This document shows positions 8,115 through 15,519 of a stretch of 29,540 bases of DNA, one piece after another (position 1 is the first letter of the stretch; every line of letters begins with the position of its first letter). The translations under genes and the position numbers were made by a program. The stretch comes from Candidatus Micrarchaeia archaeon. Its GTDB lineage: Archaea; Micrarchaeota; Micrarchaeia; Burarchaeales; JACRGF01. Location: the NCBI GenBank assembly GCA_038870455.1, contig JAWCPB010000011.1, positions 1 through 29,540 on the forward strand. The letters run 5' to 3'. The notes under the pieces are model-generated. The model did not search any database. It had not been told where the DNA came from and was given only the letters and a program-made list of their open reading frames with translations.

Positions 8115-8894
8115 ATGCAGGAATTGCCAAGAATCAGAAGGCTGCTGTTGCGCGCATCGCACGCCGCCGCCATCATGCTCAGGAAAAACTTTCTCCGCGT
8201 AAAGCGCGTGAGGGAAAAAGCGCCCGGCAGCATCGTTACCAACGTGGATGAGGAGATTGAGGAAAAGCTGCGCTCCCTGATTGCAAAGGCCTTTCCGGAA
8301 CACGGCATTATGGGGGAGGAGGGAACCGAGAAAGCCGGCGAAAGCGCCTGGAAATGGGTGATAGACCCCATTGATGGGACAACGAACTACGCCCGGGGGG
8401 TGCCATTCTTCAACTGCTCCATCGGGGTGGCCAGGGAGAACGAGGCGGTGCTGGGCGCGGTTGTAAACCCCATAACGGATGAGCTCTTCTTCGCCGAAAA
8501 GGGAAGAGGTGCTTTCCTGAACGGGAAAAAAATCAGCGTGTCCAGTGTGCGGCAAATCTCAAAAGCCTACATCGCATACTGCGACGGGCACTCTAAGGAA
8601 GAGAAAGCGCAGATGATTGGGCCCGCCAACCGCTTCAAGCTCGCCGCAGTTGATGCGAGGAAGTTCGGCAGCGCGGCGCTCGAGCTCTCCTACGTGGCGT
8701 GCGGAAGGTTCGATGCGCTCGTGGCATTCGCCACAAAAACATGGGATAGCGCCGCCGGAAGCCTGCTCGTACAGGAGGCTGGCGGCAGGGCAACGGGAAT
8801 CGGCGGCGAGGAATGGAACCTCGAGTCTGACGGAATCATCGCGTGCAACAGATGGATTTACGATGATGTGAGGAGAATTCTGCTGGAGGGATGA
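8115..8894 (+). CDS. suhB: Inositol monophosphatase family protein
   Basis: GEE, WVIDPIDGTTNY, GSAALEL.YVACGR.D and WD.AAG.LLV.EAGG. TTTTAATA lies 30 nt upstream. Confidence 0.94.
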   Translation: MQELPRIRRLLLRASHAAAIMLRKNFLRVKRVREKAPGSIVTNVDEEIEEKLRSLIAKAFPEHGIMGEEGTEKAGESAWKWVIDPIDGTTNYARGVPFFNCSIGVARENEAVLGAVVNPITDELFFAEKGRGAFLNGKKISVSSVRQISKAYIAYCDGHSKEEKAQMIGPANRFKLAAVDARKFGSAALELSYVACGRFDALVAFATKTWDSAAGSLLVQEAGGRATGIGGEEWNLESDGIIACNRWIYDDVRRILLEG

Positions 8895-8895
8895 C

Positions 8896-9312
8896 ATGGA
8901 GGAATGCATTTTCTGCAAGATAGCAGCCAGGCAGATTCCCGCGGATGTCGTTTACGAGGATGAAAAGTACATCGCGTTCCTCGACATTAACCCGGCTGCC
9001 AAAGGCCACTCGCTTGTCGTGCCCAAAAAGCACACGAGCGATATACACGACATGGAGGAGCCTGAGCTGAGCCTGTTCGCGGGTGTTGTGCAGAGGGTCG
9101 CGCGCGCTATCAAGGAGGTCACGAAATGCGATGGAATAAACATCGTCATGAACAACGGGAGAACGGCGGGCCAGATAATTTTCCACGCGCACTGCCACGT
9201 CGTGCCCAGGTTTCACGCGGACGGCATTTCCTTCCGCGTTCCCAGAGCGAGGTATGCGGAGGGAGAGGCGGCGGAGGTCGCAAGAAAAGTTTTAGAGGCG
9301 ACGAAACAATAA
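8896..9312 (+). CDS. HIT family nucleotide hydrolase
   Basis: CIFCKI, AFLDINP..GH.LVVPK.H and the histidine triad HAHCHVVPR. Confidence 0.95.
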   Translation: MEECIFCKIAARQIPADVVYEDEKYIAFLDINPAAKGHSLVVPKKHTSDIHDMEEPELSLFAGVVQRVARAIKEVTKCDGINIVMNNGRTAGQIIFHAHCHVVPRFHADGISFRVPRARYAEGEAAEVARKVLEATKQ

Positions 9313-9318
9313 CTTACA

Positions 9319-9358
9319 GCCCTCATAGTCTAACCCGGACAGGACACGGGCCTCCGGA
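9319..9358 (+). tRNA. 5' half only of tRNA-Arg(CCG): a split-tRNA piece or a tRNA remnant
   Basis: GCCCTCA (acceptor 5' strand), TA, D arm GTCT-AACCCGGACA-GGAC, A, anticodon stem CGGGC, CT-CCG-GA. No 3' anticodon strand, T arm or TGAGGGC follows. Confidence 0.72.
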
Positions 9359-9524
9359 CAACCCTTTTTCGGCGAACCGAAAAAGCGTTGACGGAAAAAA
9401 GGGAGAGCCCTTCGGGCCCCAACCCTTTTTCGGCGAACCGAAAAAGCGTTGACGGAAGACAAAGGGGGGAAGTATCCCCCCTTCGTCCTAGACCTTCCCC
9501 CCTCGTTGACGGAAAAAGGGGTTG
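9359..9524. repeat. Palindromic repeat element (REP/MITE-like) with two identical 38-nt hairpin units and one partial unit
   Basis: CAACCCTTTTTCGGCGAACCGAAAAAGCGTTGACGGAA at 9359-9396 and 9420-9457. Partial copy CGTTGACGGAAAAAGGG at 9504-9520. Additional hairpin at 9458-9487. The ends are imperfect inverted repeats. Confidence 0.85.
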
Positions 9525-9529
9525 CGGGT

Positions 9530-10549
9530 TTATTTTTCCTCGAACTTGTACTGTCTGAGAGTTACGCCGGCCTCCTTGAACATCCCGCTCGCGGTCTCCG
9601 CGAGCGGGTAGTCCGCGTTATAGACGACTTCGCTGATTCCCGCGTTTATTACCATCTTGGCGCACAGCAGGCACGGCGAATAAGTGGTATAGAGCGTCGC
9701 TCCCTTGACGCTTATCCCGTGGTAAGCAGCCTGCACGATGGCGTTCTCCTCGCCGTGCGAGCACAGGCATTCCTCGAGCCGGCTTCCGGCGTCGGCGAAC
9801 GCGTTGCAGCGCGGGCATCCTCCCTCGTTGCAGTTTTTCAAGCCACGCGGCGTGCCATTATAGCCGGTCGATATGATGCGTTTGTCCTTCACTATGACGC
9901 TCGCCACGTGCCTCTTTATGCAGTTGCTCCTGCTCGCCACCACCTTGGCTATGTTCATAAAATACGCGTCCCAAGAGGGGCGCGCGAGCTTGAACTCCGC
10001 AGACACCCCGGCGAGCAGTGCATCCACCGCATCATACAAGTGTTCGAGCGTGCTGCTGTTGTCAATCTTTTTGTCGGCCATCCTTATTGTTTTCAGCAGC
10101 TGTTGACCCGAACCCTCCCTTGACTTTGCCTCCTGTTCCTCGAGCCTCAGGAATGCCTCGAGCGTTTTTGGGTCGCCTTCCCTGCTCCTCGCGCGCATGC
10201 GCTCGAACCTGACTTCCGGAGGCGCCGTGACATGAACGAGGACAAAGCCCTTCATTTTCTTGAACACCGCGGCTTCCCTCGGGTGCCTGATCGAGTCTAT
10301 GACGTAATTCTTTCCTGGCTCGAGCCTCATGGCGATTTTCTCGGCCAGAATGCTTTCGCCGTATTTCCTGCGCAGCTCGCTGCCTTTTTTGATGAGGTTT
10401 TCCCTGGTGATCTCCTTTCCTTCCCTAGCCAGCTCCTCTCTGATGACATCCGAAAGCGAGTAGTAATAAAAGCTTTTTTTCGCGAGGTAAGCGGCCACCG
10501 TGCCCTTGCCCGCGCAGTTCTCCCCAGTCAAGCCGATGATCACTCCCAC
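9530..10549 (-). CDS. P-loop NMP/dephospho-CoA kinase-like domain fused to dCMP deaminase
   Basis: N-terminal IIGLTGENCAGKGT and VIDSIR. C-terminal RPSWDAYFM, TGYNGTP, HGEEN and PCLLC zinc motifs. Confidence 0.92.
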   Translation of the reverse strand: MGVIIGLTGENCAGKGTVAAYLAKKSFYYYSLSDVIREELAREGKEITRENLIKKGSELRRKYGESILAEKIAMRLEPGKNYVIDSIRHPREAAVFKKMKGFVLVHVTAPPEVRFERMRARSREGDPKTLEAFLRLEEQEAKSREGSGQQLLKTIRMADKKIDNSSTLEHLYDAVDALLAGVSAEFKLARPSWDAYFMNIAKVVASRSNCIKRHVASVIVKDKRIISTGYNGTPRGLKNCNEGGCPRCNAFADAGSRLEECLCSHGEENAIVQAAYHGISVKGATLYTTYSPCLLCAKMVINAGISEVVYNADYPLAETASGMFKEAGVTLRQYKFEEK

Positions 10550-10573
10550 ACCAGCGCTTATTTTCCAGACAAA

Positions 10574-11869
10574 TTAGAAAAACCTTCTGCCCTTGTGCTC
10601 CCTTTCGTGCGGCTGCCTTCTGTGTCCGTAGCCGCCTTCCCTCCTCTCGTGCGGCCTTCCGCCGTACCCACGCCTCTCGCTGTGAGGCCTTTCCCAGCGC
10701 GGCCTTTCGCCTGCCGCGCCTTCCCTTCTGGGCGCGTGCTCGCGCGGCTGCCAGGGCGGAAGCTCTATCTTCTCTTCCTCCATCCTTATCCCGCATGTCC
10801 TCTCTATCTGCCCGAGCAGGCCCATCTCATCATGCGCGATGATGCTGAAAGCCGTCCCGCCTTTTCCCATCCTTCCGGTTCTGCCCACCCTGTGCGTGTA
10901 TGTCAGCGGGTCTTCCGGAATGTTGAAGTTTATCACATGCGATATTTCAGGAATATCGAGGCCGCGGGCCGCCAAGTCCGTTGCCACCAGCATGTTGGTT
11001 TTCCCCTGCTTGAACAATGACATGGCCGTGTCGCGCTGCCTCTGGCTCAGGTCCCCGTGAAGCGCTTCTGCCCTGAATCCAATCCTACGCAGGTCACGGG
11101 CAAGCCTGTCCGCCCCGAACTTCGTCCTGCAGAATATTATGGTGTGCGTGGGGGCGTGTTTTTTGAGATAGGCGAACAGCGTGCGGTGGCGGTCCCTGTG
11201 GTTGATTTCCACAAACGAATGCCTGATGTGTGTTATCGTAATCTCGTCCCTGCTCACAGAAATGAACTGCGGGTAGTTCTGGTATTCCTTCGAAAGCGCG
11301 AGAATCTCGGGCGGCATGGTGGCCGAGAAGAGCAGCGTCTGCCTCTCCCTACTGACGTGCGACAGGATGCGCCTCACATCGTCGATGAATCCCATGTCCA
11401 GCATCCTGTCCGCCTCGTCAATCACGACGAAATGCACTTTGCTCAAGTCGAGTGTGCGCCTCTCCAGGTGGTCGAGTATCCTTCCGGGCGTTCCCACGAC
11501 AATATGAACGCCTCTCCTCAGCTCCTCTATCTGGGGATTGATACTCGCTCCGCCGTAAATCGTAGTCACTTTAATGCGCGTGTGCTTTCCGATGCGCTTT
11601 ATCTCATCCGTAATCTGGACGGCCAGCTCCCTTGTCGGCGCGAGCACAAGCCCCTGGACTTCCCTTGAGTCAGGCTCGACCGTTTCAACCAGATAAATTC
11701 CGAAAACCGCAGTCTTTCCAGTTCCGGTCTTTGCCTGGCCGATGACGTCCTTTCCTTGAAAGACGACCGGCAGCGCCTCCATCTGTATGTCCGTGGGCTT
11801 TTCGAAGCCCATTTCCTGCAGCGCCCGCAGCACTTCAGGCCGCAGGTTAAATCTAGCAAATTCGCTCAT
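10574..11869 (-). CDS. DEAD-box RNA helicase
   Basis: Q motif, AKTGTGKT, PTRELA, TPGR, DEAD, SAT, ARGLD and HRVGRTGR, with an Arg/Gly-rich tail. Start trimmed to MSEF (ATG 11869, GGAGG upstream). Confidence 0.96.
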   Translation of the reverse strand: MSEFARFNLRPEVLRALQEMGFEKPTDIQMEALPVVFQGKDVIGQAKTGTGKTAVFGIYLVETVEPDSREVQGLVLAPTRELAVQITDEIKRIGKHTRIKVTTIYGGASINPQIEELRRGVHIVVGTPGRILDHLERRTLDLSKVHFVVIDEADRMLDMGFIDDVRRILSHVSRERQTLLFSATMPPEILALSKEYQNYPQFISVSRDEITITHIRHSFVEINHRDRHRTLFAYLKKHAPTHTIIFCRTKFGADRLARDLRRIGFRAEALHGDLSQRQRDTAMSLFKQGKTNMLVATDLAARGLDIPEISHVINFNIPEDPLTYTHRVGRTGRMGKGGTAFSIIAHDEMGLLGQIERTCGIRMEEEKIELPPWQPREHAPRREGAAGERPRWERPHSERRGYGGRPHERREGGYGHRRQPHEREHKGRRFF

Positions 11870-11959
11870 GCAATTTCCTCCAAGTTTCTGAAAGAATGAG
11901 AAACAGAATTTTCCCCTTCTTTCTTCAAACTCTTTTTTCAACTGTCTTATATTATGAAG

Positions 11960-11990
11960 CTCTGGGTTTAAAAGCATGCTTATATACCGG
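11960..11990. promoter_or_regulatory. Back-to-back TATA boxes of a divergent promoter
   Basis: GGGTTTAAAAGCATGCTTATATACC. TTATATA lies about 31 nt before GTG 12011, and TTTTAAA on the minus strand faces the helicase. Confidence 0.55.
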
Positions 11991-12010
11991 AAAGCCCCCA
12001 AACCCTTCCC

Positions 12011-13483
12011 GTGACAGCACATCAGACAAGGCGGATAGCAAGAGAGGTCAAGGTTTTTGCCGATGAGCGGAAAGGCTTTCGCGACCGGCTCCTCAGCGAA
12101 AAGGAAGCCCGCATCGAAGAGCTGCTCCAGCGCATCGGGGGAAAGACCATCCACGGGATTGACGAGAACGGGAGGCCGGCGAAGACCAAGCCACCCCACC
12201 GCCTGAAGGCGTGCATCACCTCAAGCGGCAGGGTGACGCTCGAATTCTCAAGGGAAAGCCACAGGAGGGTTGCGCGCCTGCTTCCCGAAACGATTGAAGG
12301 GCTGGCCAGGAAAGGCGGGAAATTCCCCGGAAAGAAAACAACTTTTTCAACAGACCTGCTGCATGCTGTCAGGAGCCTGAAGCACCTGAGGGAAGGACAC
12401 GCGAGCGAGATATCGGCCAAGGACAGGGTTCTCGATGAGGTCAAGAGGCTGAACCTTGAGCTCGACCAGCTTGATTCCCATGCGTCAAAAATGGAGCTTG
12501 ATGCGTTCAGGAAGAGGCTCCAGGGCTTTGTTGTAGAGCTGGAAAAAATGAAACTGCTTCTCAAACGCGCGGCCAAAAACAAGCTGGCCGAGGCCGCAGG
12601 ACTACTGGCGCAGGTTGGGGAAGAAGATAACGCGCAGGAAAAGTACCGCCTCCTAACCGCAGCGTGCTCCAAAATCGCTGCGGTCGAAAACCGCTTGGGA
12701 AGATGGCGCGACGAGGACATCATCGGCATGGACTTCTACAACCTCCTGCGCGAGCGCGCCCTGCGCCTCGCGCGTGACGCCTTTCTCTGCTTCGAGCTCA
12801 AGAGATATGCGGGAATTTTCGGAAGCCCCTGCAGCGCCAGCAGGTGGCTCGGGTTTTACAGGCACGACATGGAAGTCGTTGCGCTCATCGAGTCGATTGG
12901 AGAGGAAATCCAGCGCCCGCGGCTCTCGCTGCCAGAAGAGCAGTCTGCGAGAATCACCGCAGTGAGCAACCTCCTCCTCGCGCTCGACAGCCCGGATGCG
13001 ATGCCGCGACTCGAAGCCATCGGGAAAGCGGTCGCGGAAGAAGGCCGCGATTACATCGCGCTGCGCGAGCTCAGGCAAGCCTATAGGGCGCTGAAGAAAG
13101 GGGACGAGCTGGAGGCGGCGGCTCGCCTGGAAGAGTCCCTTCGCTTCTACTCCGACAGGCTCTCCTACCTCGCCGGGGAAATGAATAACGAGAAGTGGCT
13201 CGTGGCGCGCCACCTTTACATGGCGCGCGACCATCTCATGAGAAAAAGACGCCCGCAGAGGAGCGAAGCCCTCAATCACTTCGAGAAAGCCATTCGCTTC
13301 ATCCGCATGAACAAGCTCGATTACTTTGCTGAAGAGCTTGAGGAGACAGGGGACGCTTACACAAGCCAGGCCGTCAAGCTCATAAAACAGGCTCACGAGC
13401 ATTTCATCAGCGGCCGCTTCGCCCAGGCGCGCGAGTGCTGTCTGCAGGCAGAGGCCGAGATAAGGAAGTTCCAGCCAAAGTGA
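12011..13483 (+). CDS. Hypothetical alpha-helical/coiled-coil protein (490 aa)
   Basis: Long ORF rich in E/K/R/L/A with a TATA upstream and a TGATG overlap with the next gene. No recognised motif. Confidence 0.8.
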   Translation: MTAHQTRRIAREVKVFADERKGFRDRLLSEKEARIEELLQRIGGKTIHGIDENGRPAKTKPPHRLKACITSSGRVTLEFSRESHRRVARLLPETIEGLARKGGKFPGKKTTFSTDLLHAVRSLKHLREGHASEISAKDRVLDEVKRLNLELDQLDSHASKMELDAFRKRLQGFVVELEKMKLLLKRAAKNKLAEAAGLLAQVGEEDNAQEKYRLLTAACSKIAAVENRLGRWRDEDIIGMDFYNLLRERALRLARDAFLCFELKRYAGIFGSPCSASRWLGFYRHDMEVVALIESIGEEIQRPRLSLPEEQSARITAVSNLLLALDSPDAMPRLEAIGKAVAEEGRDYIALRELRQAYRALKKGDELEAAARLEESLRFYSDRLSYLAGEMNNEKWLVARHLYMARDHLMRKRRPQRSEALNHFEKAIRFIRMNKLDYFAEELEETGDAYTSQAVKLIKQAHEHFISGRFAQARECCLQAEAEIRKFQPK

Positions 13484-14562
13484 TGGGCATGGACAATGGG
13501 CTCGAGCTTGCCCTCGGAAGATACCTGCGGGTGATGGCCGATGAGCTGCCGGCGCGTTTCCTCGTTGCAAAACGCGTTCCCGTAAAGATAAGCGAAAACA
13601 TCGATGAAAATTGGGAGGAACACGAGAAGGGGGTGGCGAGGTTTGAGCAGCTTCTCAAAAAAATCTCTTCACTGCACGAGCTCGCCAGGATGCCCAAGGC
13701 CTCGCCAAATCTCCTTGACCTGAAAGCGAAAATTGCCGATACCCTGACCGAGGCGTGCATTTTCTGCGAGCGCCGGTGCAGGGCGAACAGGAAGGCAGGC
13801 AAGCTCGGCTGGTGCAGGGTGGGCTATGTCTCGCGCGTTGCCTCGGCTTTTGAGCACCTCGGCGAAGAGCCCGAGTTCGTTCCCAGCGGGACGATTTTTT
13901 TTGCTGGCTGCAACCTGGCGTGCGCGTTCTGCCAGAACTGGGATATCGCATTCTTTCCAGAGCGAGGGACGGTGTGGAGCAGTCGGGACTACTGCGGCTG
14001 GATAGCTAAGCGCAGGAGTGCTCCCGGCGGCTTTCGCATTCGGAATGTGAATCTCGTGGGAGGAGAGCCGACGCCGAACCTCCATACAATTCTGCGGTGG
14101 CTGGCCGAGTGCGACATCAACATCCCGGTTATATGGAATTCGAACATGTTTCTCAGCGTGGAGGGCATGCGCTTGTTGCACGGTGTGGTCGATGTTTTCA
14201 TCGATGATATCAAGTACGCTGACGACCGATGCGCCATGCGTCTCTCAAAAGCGCCCAAATATTGGGATACGGTCAAACGAAACAACCTGATGGCGATAAA
14301 TCAGGCAGAGATTCTCGTCCGCCACCTCGTCATGCCCGCCCACCTCGAATGCGACACAAAACCTATTTTCGATTGGATTAAGGCAAACCTGGGCGACCGC
14401 GTGCGCGTGAACATCATGAGCCAGTACCACCCCGAGTACAAGGCATTCGACTTCCCGGATATTTCGAGGAGGCTGCGGCCCGAGGAGTACGCGGAGGCAG
14501 TGGATTACGCTAAAAAGATTGGCTTGTGGAACATCGAGCTCCAGCCCATGGGCTTTCTGTGA
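13483..14562 (+). CDS. Radical SAM protein, PflX-like (pyruvate formate-lyase activating enzyme-related family)
   Basis: CIFCERRC, HLGEE...PSGTIFFAGCNLACAFCQNWDI (CX3CX2C), GGEP, VRHLVMP and NIMSQY.P. Confidence 0.9.
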   Translation: MGMDNGLELALGRYLRVMADELPARFLVAKRVPVKISENIDENWEEHEKGVARFEQLLKKISSLHELARMPKASPNLLDLKAKIADTLTEACIFCERRCRANRKAGKLGWCRVGYVSRVASAFEHLGEEPEFVPSGTIFFAGCNLACAFCQNWDIAFFPERGTVWSSRDYCGWIAKRRSAPGGFRIRNVNLVGGEPTPNLHTILRWLAECDINIPVIWNSNMFLSVEGMRLLHGVVDVFIDDIKYADDRCAMRLSKAPKYWDTVKRNNLMAINQAEILVRHLVMPAHLECDTKPIFDWIKANLGDRVRVNIMSQYHPEYKAFDFPDISRRLRPEEYAEAVDYAKKIGLWNIELQPMGFL

Positions 14563-14613
14563 AGGCAAGAGTTTTTATTCCCTAAAAGACATATCTTCCT
14601 GCGGTGTGGCTCG

Positions 14614-15462
14614 GTGGACATCATCAAGGCAAGACAAAAGGCTGTTCAGCGCAAAAAAGACGGGGCGCCTTTTCGGACCAAGTTCTTGGAAATCAAAGGC
14701 GAGGGGGGCTTCGCCGGGCTTCCCATTTTCACCAGGGGAAACAAGCGGCTTCAGGAAGTCCTCGAGCGCGTTTTTCAGAACGTCGAGGTCGATGAGCTTT
14801 TTGCATGCTCCAAGCAGCGCGCCAGGGAGCTGAACCTCAACGAGCACGGCCACCACCACGCGCTCATCACAGCAAGCTACGCTCTCGAAATACTCCGCAT
14901 ACTACAGGAAAGCGGCAGGATATCCGAGAGCCTGGAGCACGGGAGCGTGGTTCTCGGAAGAGAGGACATTGAAGTCGGCATCGCGCTCGCGGGCCTCTTT
15001 CATGACATAGGCAACGCCTACCACCGCGACCACCACGCCCTCACCTCCACGTTCATCGCAGAGCCCATTCTTGACAGCGTGCTCGCGCCCGCCTACCAAG
15101 ATGCGGCGAGGCGGACTTCGCTCAAGGCGTTCGTCCAAGCCTGCATACGCTACCACGACAAGCACGTGGAAGCACCTGGCCCGGTTTATGGAATAGTGCG
15201 CGTGGCGGACGCGCTTGACATGGAAGAGGGCAGGGCGAGGTGGGCGACCAAGAGCGACATGCACAAGATTTCCGCCAGGGCGATCAAGAAAGTCTCGGTG
15301 CTCGCGGGCACCAGCAAGCCCGTGCTCGTCCGCATTGAGATGGACAACGAGGCCGGAATGTTTCAGGTTCTCGAGCAGCTCGAGCCGAAGCTCGAGGGCT
15401 CGCAGCTCAAGCCGCTCATAGAGTTCGATGTGCAGTGCAATGGAGAGCACATCAGACTCTAG
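14614..15462 (+). CDS. HD-domain metal-dependent phosphohydrolase
   Basis: NEHGHHH, LFHDIGN, HD and VADALDM. The exact start is uncertain. Confidence 0.85.
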   Translation: MDIIKARQKAVQRKKDGAPFRTKFLEIKGEGGFAGLPIFTRGNKRLQEVLERVFQNVEVDELFACSKQRARELNLNEHGHHHALITASYALEILRILQESGRISESLEHGSVVLGREDIEVGIALAGLFHDIGNAYHRDHHALTSTFIAEPILDSVLAPAYQDAARRTSLKAFVQACIRYHDKHVEAPGPVYGIVRVADALDMEEGRARWATKSDMHKISARAIKKVSVLAGTSKPVLVRIEMDNEAGMFQVLEQLEPKLEGSQLKPLIEFDVQCNGEHIRL

Positions 15463-15519
15463 CCGCCCGCCGAAGTAAAGAATTAAAAAGGGAAAGACGA
15501 AAGCCCCTGCGTGGTGGCG

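Noticed and set aside
9359-9457. Mini CRISPR array
   Set aside because: Only two full 38-nt repeats with one 23-nt spacer that is itself a hairpin. No leader and no cas genes in the window.
9319-9530. Complete intron-containing or permuted tRNA-Arg
   Set aside because: GGGAGAGCCC at 9401-9410 only loosely mimics a splice junction. No T loop or 3' acceptor strand (TGAGGGC) follows, and the upstream sequence is HIT coding with no T arm.
11870-12199. N-terminal extension of the DEAD helicase given in the ORF track
   Set aside because: It crosses the divergent promoter and overlaps the opposite-strand gene. The real start is ATG 11869 with an RBS.
13474-13484. Shared CCAAAGTGAT at the ends of two orphan genes (here and near 18826-18835) as a recombination site
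   Set aside because: Short, and explained by a GTGAT-type ribosome-binding sequence for the downstream gene (also seen at 1232-1236).
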